Shown here in pieces: positions 51,296 through 64,000 of a DNA stretch of 64,000 bases. Origin of the DNA: a bacterium. Lineage in GTDB: Bacteria > Hinthialibacterota > Hinthialibacteria > Hinthialibacterales > Hinthialibacteraceae. The notes under the pieces were generated by a model that was given only the letters and a program-made list of their open reading frames with translations, made no database searches and had not been told where the DNA came from. The translations under genes were made by a program, and so were the position numbers. Position 1 is the first letter of the stretch. Each line of letters opens with the position of its first letter. The stretch covers positions 864,001 through 928,000 of the forward strand of contig CAXXMV010000001.1 of assembly GCA_963662285.2 (NCBI GenBank). Reading direction: 5' to 3'.

Positions 51296-51660
51296 TAAAA
51301 AACTTTGTTCCAATTTTTGTCCTGCCGAATTTCAAAACCGTCCTTGTGCAATCGAAGATAATTGACGCCGCATTTCCACAAAGAGAACGTAAACACCAGT
51401 AACGATATAGAAGCCATAGCGAGTAATATCCTTGCTTGTATATTCATGTCTCCCCTCTTGATTTCGTTGAGTAACCAAGCCATCAAAAATATACTCATCA
51501 ATAAAAAACAAATCGATAATATCGATTTAACCATGAATTCAAAGCGATTCATTACTGTTCCTTTCGACTCGAAGTCGTATCATGTTTTTAATCAGAGCAA
51601 TAAGCCCGCAAACCAATACAATCGAAAACTTACTCGATTCACAAGATCGCTTTCACGAAC

Positions 51661-52221
51661 AAGGACGATGATAAAAAAGGTGAAATACAGGTTGTTGTTA
51701 AAGTGGGGAACTATAATCAAATTCAATGCTTTAAAGATGATGATAGGGTATTAGCAAATTCTCGTGTCGTATCATTATCTGAGAAGAAAGTTCTTCATGT
51801 TTTTGAAAATTCTGCTGGATCTATCATTACCAATAATAATCAAGTCTTTGTTTTGATGAGAGGAGGGGGTTCTCTGCAACTTTACAATACTAGCTTATGA
51901 GATTCAGAAACTTATACAAAAATAAGCGAAAATCCCATTTATGAATCAAGAAGCGTTGTAAACAAAATCTCACCAGATGGAAAATTTGTTGCAGTAGGCC
52001 GGACAGAAGATGCGCAGGAAGAGACGCGGATTATTGATGCTCAGACTGCTCAGATCAAAAGGAGAATACAAAACGCTAAAGGTGAAATTCCTGATGTGGA
52101 TAGAATCGTATTCTCTCCAGATGGAAAGCAAGTTGCATTGGTCAGTAAAAATGTTGTTAATGTCTACGACATAAGCGACCTGACCTCCAGTTCCAAATCA
52201 GGGGAGGCGCTGAAGAACTAA
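51661..52221 (+). pseudogene. WD40-repeat protein C-terminal remnant
   Basis: ISPDGKFVAVG, FSPDGKQVAL, VYDISDL; in-frame TGA at 51898-51900 (SL*DSET); no start or RBS found. Confidence 0.7.
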
Positions 52222-52248
52222 ACGGGTAGAATCCAAACGTGTAAATGC

Positions 52249-52295
52249 AATAACCATCCCCTGAGCGTGGAACGCCCGATCCCGCCTCCGGGGAT
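52249..52295 (+). repeat. 47-bp hairpin repeat, copy 2
   Basis: AATAACCATCCCCTGAGCGTGGAACGCCCGATCCCGCCTCCGGGGAT. Confidence 0.85.
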
Positions 52296-52348
52296 TCTTC
52301 ATGGTGTCTTGGATACACATCATTTATGATAGGTTAGAGTAATTAGTA

Positions 52349-52909
52349 TCAGGATTTAGCGGGTTGGGGTTTTTCTGATTCTTCCTCTTCGTATGCGTAT
52401 GCAATTCTATCGGCGGCTCTTTGGGCTAAGGCAGCTGCGCTGGATTTGCCGCGTGCTATTTGTTGAAGAGTGGGGATGGCTTTTTCGACTTCCAGGTCTT
52501 CGAGCAAATATATGAGGATTGAATTGATGCTGCCTCTACTGCGTTGATCCTGCAAGTCTTTAACCAACAGGTCTGCTTCATCGTCACCGCAGTTATTCTT
52601 CAGATAGGCGTAAGCCATGGTCGCTTCCTGCTTAATCGGGCTGCTGAGCAGTTCCACCAGCGTCTGGGGAGATTTTCCCTCAGCCCAAGCGACGGTTTTT
52701 TTCTCCAGCGATTTGGCGTACTTAAGAAAAATGAGGGTACAGACCAACAACAGCACGGCGCTTCCGATGACGATGGAGAAAAATACCGGCGAATCGAACA
52801 GTTCAGCAATCGGTAAATACTTATCAAAAAAACCCTGGCCGGGAGTGGATTGCGCGAAGGCAATCCGCGTGTTGAGCAGCAATAGCGTAATAGGAATTAT
52901 TATTTTCAT
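52349..52909 (-). CDS. Membrane-anchored HEAT-repeat-like hypothetical protein
   Basis: Signal peptide, TM helix, LEDLEVEKAIPTLQQIA...AQRAADRI. Confidence 0.65.
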   Translation of the reverse strand: MKIIIPITLLLLNTRIAFAQSTPGQGFFDKYLPIAELFDSPVFFSIVIGSAVLLLVCTLIFLKYAKSLEKKTVAWAEGKSPQTLVELLSSPIKQEATMAYAYLKNNCGDDEADLLVKDLQDQRSRGSINSILIYLLEDLEVEKAIPTLQQIARGKSSAAALAQRAADRIAYAYEEEESEKPQPAKS

Positions 52910-52922
52910 TATAACCTTACTT

Positions 52923-54701
52923 TCAAGAGCGGTATTTGTTGGTCACCGGAAGTCGGCGGTCGCTGCCAAAGGCTTTATGAGTCACGCGCAGTACAATGGC
53001 CGCCTGCTGACGCTTGTATTCCGCCCGGTCGACCAGATTAACGATGCGTTTGACTATCTCAGAATCGTAGCCTAACTCTACAATTTCAGCAATGCTGCAA
53101 TCCTGCTCGATATAAGCATGAAGGATGCCATCCAGGATATCATATTCCGGAAGGCTGTCGGTATCCAGTTGGTCTTCACGCAGTTCCGCCGATGGCGGCT
53201 TGGTTATGGTATTTTCTGGGATTAACGGTTTCCCTGCAATCCGGTTGCGATAACGGCACATGGCATAGACCCAGGTTTTAGGTACGTCGCCAATCACCGC
53301 CAGGCCGCCGCACATGTCGCCGTAAAGCGTGGCGTAACCGACTGACAACTCAGACTTGTTGCCTGTAGCCAAAACCATATAACCGAATTTATTGGATAGA
53401 GCCATCAGAATATTGCCTCTGATACGGGCTTGCAGGTTTTCTTCGGTGACATCCGGCGCCATTGCGCTGAATTCATCTTTGAAGAGATGGTCATATTGAG
53501 TAAACACATCTTCAATAGCGAATTGCTTGTACTGGATGCCCAGGTTATTGGCTAAATCCTTGGCGTCATCTTTGCTGTGTTCAGAAGAAAATCGGCTGGG
53601 CATTGAGACGCCGACGACATTCCCGCCACCCAAAGCATCAGCCGCAATGGTTGCGGTCAACGCGGAATCTATCCCGCCGGAAAGCCCGATAACCACCTGC
53701 TTAAAGCCATTTTTGTTTATATAATCCCTGACGCCCAAAACCAGCGCGTTGTATGAGTCTTCCACGGGATCGTATTGCATGGAAACCGTTTGAGGCATAA
53801 AGGGATTGCTGGATAGAACATCGATGCGCTCCGGCTTGGATACAACATTGGTTATCCCGCTGGATGCAGTAACCTTAATCGCTTCTCTACCTGGGATATC
53901 GATTGACAAAGAGTCGCGTTGAATCGGCACGGCCAAACGCCCGCGATGTATTTCTTCAAAGCGAAGGTCAGCCTTAATCAGTTCCTCTGCGAAACTCTTG
54001 CCTTGAGCCAGCACTCTGGCTTGCGGAGAAACGATCAGGCTGCGCCCATCAAAGATCAATTCGTCCTGACCGCCAACCTGGTTACAGAAAACCATTGCTA
54101 ATGAATGATCCTGACAGCGGCATTTGATCATGGTCTCGCGCTCAACGCTACGGTAAACGCTGAATGGAGAAGCCGAAATGCAGACCACTAAATCCACTCC
54201 AGAGGCGGCCATATTGGCCACTGTTTCGGCATGCCAGACATCCTCGCATATCAAGACGCCAATATCGGCTACATCAGTCTGAAAGACGGAAAGATGCTCG
54301 CCGCGCTTGAAATAGCGTTTTTCATCGAATACCCGGTAGTTGGGAAGCCCTACCTTGCGGGCGATGCCGATAAGTTTTTCATCATGAATAACTGCGGCTG
54401 TGTTATAACTATCGCCTTCGCGAATCACCATACCAACCACAACTAACATACCCTTGGTATGAGGAATTATCTCATCTAAATATTGCTGTTGATCCGCGAT
54501 AAACTGGGTTTTTAGCAGTAAATCTTTGGGAGGATATCCACAGATCGCCAATTCGGGAAAAGCCAGAACTTGAATCTCGTTTTCCCGCGCTCTTTGAATC
54601 CACTCAATAATCCTGTCGGTGTTGCCGCGCAGATCACCGACGGTGGTATTGATTTGCGCAGCGCCGACGCGGATGAAGGATGGTTTGACATGTGAGGTCA
54701 T
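52923..54701 (-). CDS. nadE: Glutamine-dependent NAD+ synthetase
   Basis: Nitrilase domain (FPEL, LPNYRVFDEKRYF, ICEDVW) plus GLSGGIDSA, ENLQARIRG, TGNKSE, KPPSAEL. Confidence 0.97.
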   Translation of the reverse strand: MTSHVKPSFIRVGAAQINTTVGDLRGNTDRIIEWIQRARENEIQVLAFPELAICGYPPKDLLLKTQFIADQQQYLDEIIPHTKGMLVVVGMVIREGDSYNTAAVIHDEKLIGIARKVGLPNYRVFDEKRYFKRGEHLSVFQTDVADIGVLICEDVWHAETVANMAASGVDLVVCISASPFSVYRSVERETMIKCRCQDHSLAMVFCNQVGGQDELIFDGRSLIVSPQARVLAQGKSFAEELIKADLRFEEIHRGRLAVPIQRDSLSIDIPGREAIKVTASSGITNVVSKPERIDVLSSNPFMPQTVSMQYDPVEDSYNALVLGVRDYINKNGFKQVVIGLSGGIDSALTATIAADALGGGNVVGVSMPSRFSSEHSKDDAKDLANNLGIQYKQFAIEDVFTQYDHLFKDEFSAMAPDVTEENLQARIRGNILMALSNKFGYMVLATGNKSELSVGYATLYGDMCGGLAVIGDVPKTWVYAMCRYRNRIAGKPLIPENTITKPPSAELREDQLDTDSLPEYDILDGILHAYIEQDCSIAEIVELGYDSEIVKRIVNLVDRAEYKRQQAAIVLRVTHKAFGSDRRLPVTNKYRS

Positions 54702-54902
54702 CTTGAAATCGCCTTATTCATGATTGGAATCCATATAGGAAACTTAATTATACCGCCAGCAGCCAGATTTCGCCATATCCAGCCTGAATAATTGCTGAGT
54801 TACAACTTATTACAAAAAATACCATTTTCTACATGATAACAGGCAGAAATATTGATAGATTTTCTGGATATTCACAATAATCATGATTTAGGAGGAAGAA
54901 TA

Positions 54903-55955
54903 ATGAAAACCTGTATAACCTCAATATTCCTATTGCTAATCTTCGTCATCCAGCTCACTGCTCAAGAAGCCCTAAAACCTACACTGATTCTCAACCACAC
55001 CGGATATTGTTGTGATAATATGGCATTTTCTCCTGATGAGACAATGCTGACGACTTATGGTGAATCCCCGGTCAATATCTGGAATCTGGAAAATGGTGAA
55101 TTAATCCAATCAATCCAACCCAGATCGCCTTTGCAGTCAACCGCGTTTTTCTCTTTGGATGGATTAGAAATCCTTATTTCCAGCAGAGGATATATTGAGG
55201 TGTTTGATATAACAACCGGTAAGATGAAGGCTTCTTACAACTTGCAGTCATTTTTCAATACCCTCTCAGTTCAAAGCAAGACAAAAGTGCAAGAGAATGA
55301 CATAATCTCTCCCCAATGCTATCAAGAATTCAGCAACGCCGTACTTTTTAATAATGGTAAAATGCTGGCTGTGGGCAGCGATTATGAATATGCCATGATA
55401 TGGAGTATGGAAAACAAGGCGCCATTTTTATATCTAAAACTTACCGGATTTATTAATAACCTATCGATTCACGTTTCACCAGATAATAAACGAATCGCCG
55501 TCAAGGATAATAACCAAATTCAAATATGGAACATTTATGAAGGTTTCAGGGGGAATTCGCATATCATCAGTAATAGACATACCACCGCTTTTTCATTTTC
55601 ACATGATGGTTCACATATGCTTGCCGCCTCGGATGATATGATAAGGGTATTTGATTCTGATAGTGGAGCGTTAGTTGATGAATTAATTGAATTTGATGCC
55701 AAAGATCGCCGCCTCCTGGAGTTGGCTAGTTTATCGCCCGATGGTTCCTTATTCCATTCAAACAAAACCATTTGGAATCTCAACGATTGCCGGATAATAG
55801 CGAAATTGGAACACGAAGCAATCGCCCAAGGTTCATCCATTTTCTCGCCAAACAAGAAATATTTAGCCCAAAGAACGGAAGACGGGGATATATTGATATG
55901 GGATATAAGTCAAATAGAACAGACAACTGAAGTACCGACTAGCATGATGCATTAA
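54903..55955 (+). CDS. Exported WD40-repeat protein
   Basis: GGAGG RBS, signal peptide, repeated FSPD..WN/WD units. Confidence 0.85.
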   Translation: MKTCITSIFLLLIFVIQLTAQEALKPTLILNHTGYCCDNMAFSPDETMLTTYGESPVNIWNLENGELIQSIQPRSPLQSTAFFSLDGLEILISSRGYIEVFDITTGKMKASYNLQSFFNTLSVQSKTKVQENDIISPQCYQEFSNAVLFNNGKMLAVGSDYEYAMIWSMENKAPFLYLKLTGFINNLSIHVSPDNKRIAVKDNNQIQIWNIYEGFRGNSHIISNRHTTAFSFSHDGSHMLAASDDMIRVFDSDSGALVDELIEFDAKDRRLLELASLSPDGSLFHSNKTIWNLNDCRIIAKLEHEAIAQGSSIFSPNKKYLAQRTEDGDILIWDISQIEQTTEVPTSMMH

Positions 55956-55980
55956 GAGCGAACGCAAGCAATAATTGATT

Positions 55981-57831
55981 TCAATTGGGTTTAACAACCC
56001 GAATGGGTTTCTCTGAGTCGCGTAGATCAAGATGCAATGAGTATCCCTTCCACTGCGCGTCCAGAACGCCGCTGCCATACTCTGATTGAATAAATGGACT
56101 ATTAAAGAGTTTGTTAGATGAGTCGGCAAGAGTTTCAATCGTATTACCATTAACCAAAATTTCATCCTCATCCAGCGGGAAAAGGAAAACATCTCCCCGA
56201 CGTGAAACGAAAGTCACAGAATCGTTGTCTATCTTCAAAGGTGAATTAATAACCTGATTCATAAATTGATCGAATGATATGAAATTGGATGCAGATTCAA
56301 TCTCAAGAAGAAAAGATGTATATAGATTTTGAAAAGTCAAAATTGACGATCCACTACCAGTTCTAGGGTCCAACTCAGTAGTGCGCCACCAATAGCTGCG
56401 CCCCTTCAAAGGCCTGAATGCCAGATAAATGGCGCCTACCTCAGAGAAACACCATGATTGATCCTGAATTACCGGAGCAAAAGTATTCGGAATCCAAATG
56501 CGGGTAGGCCATTGAACATATGCATCGTCTAAAAATTCACCGGAATCAGTTAAATTTAATCGGACGCGGTCACAACGATGATACCGGTTGAATAATACAT
56601 TTTTATATTGAAAACAAGTTGAATTCCATAAATAATATTCGTCTTGCGCAGCCTGCTTCCCTCCACTGATCAGTTCGTTGCCGGTAAAAGCAAAAAGGTG
56701 ATGACCAAAGTTATTTTCATCCAGCACCAACAAATCCCAGGGGCGTGAATGCCAAGGCGTCGTTTGACTACGCAATTGAAATGAACTAAGAATATACGAA
56801 GGAGTGACATAACTATATTTTTTTAATCCATTGGCGTCTTCAGCTATTTTATTACGATTATTTGCGTATAAAAAATTCGCCGATTCATACGTTCCCCGGT
56901 CATCATATTCACGCATCAATTTAACTAAAACTCCAGGAGGACGGTATTTTGAAAGACTCAAATTAAGGCTGACCGCATCAAACGACGGCTGTAAATTATC
57001 CGGGACAGGCAACCCAAAAAGAATATAATTAATATAATAGTTATCCTGATGCATATTGCTGTTAGCAACGCGTCCCCGTACGCCGCCCCACTGGCCTGCC
57101 AGCGATTCCTGTACGATATCTGATAGTACCAGATCAATAACAGCGGCAGATTTGGTTTCCAAGATAGGATCATCACACCAATCATGAATATTAAGCAAAG
57201 CGCCGATGCAATCCAACAATTCTGAAGAAGAACAATCATTGAATCCATAGCGGGATTTTTGATCCAACCATTGGTAAATCTCTTGGTTAAATCTCGTTTG
57301 TTGAATTTGATTGCTTTTTTTATCCGGCCACTTATAGCCTAGGGTTGCATCTTCAACATATTTAGCCCAGAGCATTAATGTTGACAAATCAAGTATGACG
57401 CTGCTTTCTGGTGAATGTTTTGTCGCTATTGAGGTTGAGTTTTCTAGAGACCTGGAGCGAATCCATTGCGTCATCTCGGTTCGAAGATGAATCAGTACGG
57501 TTTCATCAAGTTTACACAGGTTATTTTGATGAGCGCATAGAATCCGGATAGGAATGGTACACTGAAGTGAACTTGCTTTTTGATGATCAAATGCACGCAG
57601 AATCAAGTTGGTTTGCGGCGGTCTACGATTCAAGAATAAGAGGGCGGCGGCCCTTTCAATATTTACTCTTTCAGTTCTATCAGTTATTTCTCCGAGTATA
57701 TTCTGCTGCCGCAGATTATACTCTTTCTGAATAATTCGAATATCCACATTTTCAGCAAAAGCGCAGGAAACCGACCATGATGCAAGCGCAAAAAACAGTA
57801 GAGATAAGGTGCAGCGGTTTATCTTTCTCAT
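55981..57831 (-). CDS. Exported hypothetical protein (helical N-terminus, beta-rich C-terminus; possibly lyase-like fold)
   Basis: Signal peptide from ATG 57831; GFND.SS..L..I.ALLNI.D pattern; long ORF. Confidence 0.6.
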   Translation of the reverse strand: MRKINRCTLSLLFFALASWSVSCAFAENVDIRIIQKEYNLRQQNILGEITDRTERVNIERAAALLFLNRRPPQTNLILRAFDHQKASSLQCTIPIRILCAHQNNLCKLDETVLIHLRTEMTQWIRSRSLENSTSIATKHSPESSVILDLSTLMLWAKYVEDATLGYKWPDKKSNQIQQTRFNQEIYQWLDQKSRYGFNDCSSSELLDCIGALLNIHDWCDDPILETKSAAVIDLVLSDIVQESLAGQWGGVRGRVANSNMHQDNYYINYILFGLPVPDNLQPSFDAVSLNLSLSKYRPPGVLVKLMREYDDRGTYESANFLYANNRNKIAEDANGLKKYSYVTPSYILSSFQLRSQTTPWHSRPWDLLVLDENNFGHHLFAFTGNELISGGKQAAQDEYYLWNSTCFQYKNVLFNRYHRCDRVRLNLTDSGEFLDDAYVQWPTRIWIPNTFAPVIQDQSWCFSEVGAIYLAFRPLKGRSYWWRTTELDPRTGSGSSILTFQNLYTSFLLEIESASNFISFDQFMNQVINSPLKIDNDSVTFVSRRGDVFLFPLDEDEILVNGNTIETLADSSNKLFNSPFIQSEYGSGVLDAQWKGYSLHLDLRDSEKPIRVVKPN

Positions 57832-57965
57832 CACCCGGTTACCTTGCGGAGCATCTTTAATTACTGCGTATATAAGATTAATAAGAACAGTTCTATAAAT
57901 CAGGGAAGTCCATGAAAAGAACTTCCCTATAAGATTATCTATATCACATGATCCAATCAATACTT

Positions 57966-60554
<2,589 letters not shown>

Positions 60555-60946
60555 TCACTATGATATTTTATATAGATTAAGAGATGATCAAATGATTCCG
60601 GGATGTATTTTTTGGATAAAGAGTTCGTTTTGTAAATGTTACATAAGTATAATGGAATGAGTGACAAAAGTCAAGGTTTTCAGATGTCGTCCATTATAAG
60701 GTCAACAATATAATTCAGAGCTGGAGGGCTATACATTGTTTCCTTGGAGAGTAGCAGTAAAATGGGAAGATTTTCCCTGGCTGTTAAATTTGGGGGGAAA
60801 TCACCAGGGATTTTATTCAGGTCTATCGACTAAGGAATATAACCTGTTTATTCATATTGCGTTATAACAATCCATAGACCGATTATGTATTTCACGGGAG
60901 AATTTGCATATACGTTTTTTGCTGTTATATGTAACACTATAAAACC

Positions 60947-62101
60947 ATGAATAAACTAATTCTATTGGGATCTACCGGATCAATTGGCTGCCAATGTCTG
61001 GATGTTGTTCGACGCCATCCTGGTGAATTTTCTATCGCGGCGCTGGCTTCAAATACAAATTTTAAACTTCTTGCGGAACAATACCAGGAATTCAAACCGG
61101 CGTATATCGCTTTAGCCGATCCAGGCGCCGTTAAACAGTTCCCCCGTGATATCCTGGCTGAAGGCGTCAAATTCTTCACCGGACCAGATGCTTTAATCGA
61201 GTTAGTTAATCAGTGTGAAGCGGATGTGGCGGTAATCGCCACGGTCGGCGCGGCAGGATTCAAACCGACTTTCGAAGCAATACGAACAGGTAAAAACATT
61301 GCTCTGGCCAATAAAGAAGTATTGGCTATGGCGGGTGACCTGCTGATGAGCGGCGCCCGGAAGCAAAATGTTGCGGTAGTTCCCATCGACAGTGAACATA
61401 GCGCCATCCAACAATGTCTGCGATGCGGCCAACCCGACGAAGTCAGTCGGATAATTCTAACCGCATCTGGAGGCCCTTTCCGGGGGATGACGCCGGAACA
61501 ATTTGAAAACGTCCCCGTCAAAGAGGCGCTCAATCACCCCACCTGGGATATGGGCGCCAAAATCACTATCGATTCAGCCACATTATTCAACAAAGGATTG
61601 GAAGTAATTGAAGCGCATCATTTATTCAATACTCCAATCGACCAAATAAATGTCATCGTCCATCCTCAATCCATAATTCATTCCATGGTGGAATTCTGCG
61701 ATGGATCAGTCATGGCTCAATTGGGAGACGCTGATATGCGCACCCCCATCCAGTATGCCCTTTCATATCCCAATCGCATTGACCGCACCGGCAGAAAACT
61801 CGACTTGCTGGAGATATCAGAATTAACTTTCTTCCCTCCGGATTTAAAAAGTTTCCCATGTTTGAGTTTAGCCTACGAAGCGGCGCGCATTGGCGGAACC
61901 ATGCCTGCTTATCTCTCCGTCGCTAACGAAGAGATAGTCGATTCTTATTTGAATGAAAAGATCAATTTTGGTTCAATTCCACGCTTTCTGGAAAAGAGCA
62001 TGAAAAAACATTCATCTAAACTTGATTATTCTCTGGAAGACATCCACCAGACAGAGATTGAAGCCCGAAAGAAAACCAAAGAGATAATCGCTAGTTTATA
62101 A
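60947..62101 (+). CDS. dxr: 1-deoxy-D-xylulose-5-phosphate reductoisomerase
   Basis: LGSTGSIG, LANKE, PIDSEHSAI, LTASGGPF, HPTWDMGAKITIDSAT. Confidence 0.98.
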   Translation: MNKLILLGSTGSIGCQCLDVVRRHPGEFSIAALASNTNFKLLAEQYQEFKPAYIALADPGAVKQFPRDILAEGVKFFTGPDALIELVNQCEADVAVIATVGAAGFKPTFEAIRTGKNIALANKEVLAMAGDLLMSGARKQNVAVVPIDSEHSAIQQCLRCGQPDEVSRIILTASGGPFRGMTPEQFENVPVKEALNHPTWDMGAKITIDSATLFNKGLEVIEAHHLFNTPIDQINVIVHPQSIIHSMVEFCDGSVMAQLGDADMRTPIQYALSYPNRIDRTGRKLDLLEISELTFFPPDLKSFPCLSLAYEAARIGGTMPAYLSVANEEIVDSYLNEKINFGSIPRFLEKSMKKHSSKLDYSLEDIHQTEIEARKKTKEIIASL

Positions 62102-64000
62102 ACTCACTTCCGGGGTCTCTTCTGAGACGCCCAGTAGGTTTTTGAACCATCTAATAGCGGCGGCGAAACGATCACCAGCAGCCACCATCGCCGGGACGGC
62201 GACTAGAGTTAATACGGTAGCCACAGCCAACCCAAAGATGACGGCCACAGCCATAGGCCCCCACCATTCCGCCGATTCGCTTCCAACCTGCCATCCACCT
62301 GACCGAAAGTCATAACTGATCCCCATCGCCATAGGAATTAAGCCAAGGATGGTGGTAATAGCAGTCAGCATAACTGGTCGAAAACGAACTTTTCCGGCCA
62401 GAATCAATGACTCCTGATCGGCAATGCCTTCATCGCGCAGTTGCATGGTATAATCCAATAGAACAATGGCATTATTAACCACCACTCCTGCGAGGCTTAT
62501 GACGCCAATGCCAGTCATAATGATGCCAAATGGTTGTTGTAATAGGAGCAAACCAATCAAGACGCCCATCGTGGACAACAATACTGATGAGATAATAATA
62601 AATGGTTTGAAAATTGAATTGAATTCAGTTACCAGGATCAACATAATGAGCATCAAAGCAGTCAGGAATGCTTCACTGAGGAATTGCTGAGCCTCTTCCT
62701 GATCTTCGCTCTCTCCACGGTAAGTTAATTTATAGCCCTGAGGCATTTGCATCGAAGCTAATTCTTTTTGAACATCGGCTAAAACATCATTTCCCAAACG
62801 GCCTTCAGCTTCCGCTTCGATTGTAATAACCCGATTCCGATCAGTCCGTACAATAGTGCCCAAACCAGCTGACAACTCGATATCAGCCACCGAACACAAA
62901 GGAACATGATTGCCTGTCAGACCTGATACAATCAAGTTGCGCAGGGCATAAAGGTCTTTACGACGATCAAGCGGCAGTTGGACGATAATGTCATATTCAT
63001 CATTGCCGTCGCGGTAAACGCCAGCTTCGATTCCACGAATAGCGGCTTTGACATTGGTCGCAATGGTTTGAGTATTTAAGTTTAACAACGCCGCCCGTTC
63101 TTTATCCACTTTAACTACAATCTCAGGCCGGGCGATAACATAGTCGTCATCCATATTAACCAGTCCGGGAATTCCCCGGATGCGCTCTTTGATTTCACGC
63201 ATTAATGGTTCCAGTACTTCGTATTTTTCCCCTGAAAGTTCAATAGTGATCGGGGCGCCGGTTGGCGGACCATTTTCTTCTTTTTCAATTTTGGCTTCAG
63301 CCTCATAAAATGGCGCGAATTTCTGACGCAATTCGTGCAATACGTCTTCCGATGGTCGTTCGCGATCTTCTTTATCAGGAAATTCAAGCATGATTTGAGC
63401 TGCATCAGGCGAGTTGCTCGACTGAGACATAGGATTAGAAGAACCAGCGGTTCCGACATTCGTTATAATACTGGTTATCTCAGGATAAACTGAAGCTTCT
63501 TTTTCCAGACGCTTAACAAATTCATCGGTCTGATCCAGGTTAGTGCCTTCCTGCATCGAAACATTGATGTAAGCCCGCTTGGGATCGATATCAGGAAACA
63601 ATTCAACGCCATTACCAAAACGCACATAAGCAGTAAAAACCAATACCAGTAAACAGACCGCCCAACTCAAAATGTAAAATGGATAACGCACCGCAGCTGT
63701 AACTATTGGAGTGTAAGACCGTATAATAAAACCATCTTTTTTCTTCTTTAATTGTTTGGGCGCCTTCATAAATATGGCGCATAGAGTTGGATTAATAACC
63801 ATGGCCACAAAGAGAGAAGCGGTAAGAGCCACGATAACAGTGATGGGTAAATAGCACATGAACTCACCCATAATTCCCGGCCAAAAAATCATAGGAGCAA
63901 ATGCGGCGACAGTCGTCGCGCAGCTGGAGATGATGGGCCACATCACTTCTTTACTTCCAATTATGGCGGCGCTGATCCGGTCTTTGCCTGCCTGACGATG
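62096..64000 (-). CDS. RND efflux transporter permease (AcrB-like), 5' end outside window
   Basis: TTVAAFAPM, GVVVNNAIVLLD, RFRPVMLTAITTILGLIP; frame open to the window edge. Confidence 0.93.
   Translation of the reverse strand, partial: HRQAGKDRISAAIIGSKEVMWPIISSCATTVAAFAPMIFWPGIMGEFMCYLPITVIVALTASLFVAMVINPTLCAIFMKAPKQLKKKKDGFIIRSYTPIVTAAVRYPFYILSWAVCLLVLVFTAYVRFGNGVELFPDIDPKRAYINVSMQEGTNLDQTDEFVKRLEKEASVYPEITSIITNVGTAGSSNPMSQSSNSPDAAQIMLEFPDKEDRERPSEDVLHELRQKFAPFYEAEAKIEKEENGPPTGAPITIELSGEKYEVLEPLMREIKERIRGIPGLVNMDDDYVIARPEIVVKVDKERAALLNLNTQTIATNVKAAIRGIEAGVYRDGNDEYDIIVQLPLDRRKDLYALRNLIVSGLTGNHVPLCSVADIELSAGLGTIVRTDRNRVITIEAEAEGRLGNDVLADVQKELASMQMPQGYKLTYRGESEDQEEAQQFLSEAFLTALMLIMLILVTEFNSIFKPFIIISSVLLSTMGVLIGLLLLQQPFGIIMTGIGVISLAGVVVNNAIVLLDYTMQLRDEGIADQESLILAGKVRFRPVMLTAITTILGLIPMAMGISYDFRSGGWQVGSESAEWWGPMAVAVIFGLAVATVLTLVAVPAMVAAGDRFAAAIRWFKNLLGVSEETPEVSL

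Larger units (their letters stand above)
49165..51552 (-). pseudogene. Small TM plus PH-like protein interrupted by IS1634
   Basis: Removing the IS and one TSD copy joins ...NWNKVF to YNEITDVTNDKFNGKLLVRLQDGTKVEIEY...TQS* in frame. Confidence 0.85.

Noticed and set aside
45230-51900. Stop-codon reassignment suggested by in-frame TAG (45230) and TGA (46310, 51898)
   Set aside because: Intact genes end in TAG (infB) and TGA (Hsp70, waaA), and the implied residues differ (likely Leu versus Trp for the two TGAs). Nonsense mutations in a decaying island fit better.
47683-52295. 47-bp repeats as CRISPR repeats or integron attC sites
   Set aside because: Only two copies 4.5 kb apart, no spacers or cas genes, no RYYYAAC/GTTRRRY core pair and no integrase in the window.

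Overview
Chromosomal segment of a diderm (LPS-making, MEP-pathway) bacterium. Protein style suggests a poorly characterised or candidate lineage (inference only). Core genes: nusA-infB-DUF503-rbfA-truB-rpsO-pnp, a solitary rplU, dgt, larB, a PduO-type adenosyltransferase, an epimerase-GT4-waaA-lpxK operon, nadE, gyrB, dxr and a partial RND pump. Accessory content: (1) a specialised Hsp70 module (J-domain/TPR protein with HPD changed to NPE, truncated GrpE, DnaK paralog with a divergent linker, and a Zn-ribbon/TPR/TM/coiled-coil protein), which is the best candidate for an undescribed system; (2) an archaeal/eukaryote-type ADP-dependent sugar kinase at the end of the lipid A operon; (3) a FecR-GspG fusion; (4) an SPFH-Arc-GPP34 operon with three operator-like boxes at 11-bp phasing; (5) a low-GC, frameshifted DUF2075 nuclease-helicase; (6) two complete IS elements with TIRs and 5-bp target duplications; (7) a RelE/YafQ-type TA pair; (8) a decaying variable island (~45.1-52.3 kb) with a DNRLRE-metzincin pseudogene, small membrane proteins, a GTAG REP and a 47-bp hairpin repeat in two copies. 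No tRNA, rRNA or CRISPR array was seen. Family assignments come from motif recognition by eye, not database searches.
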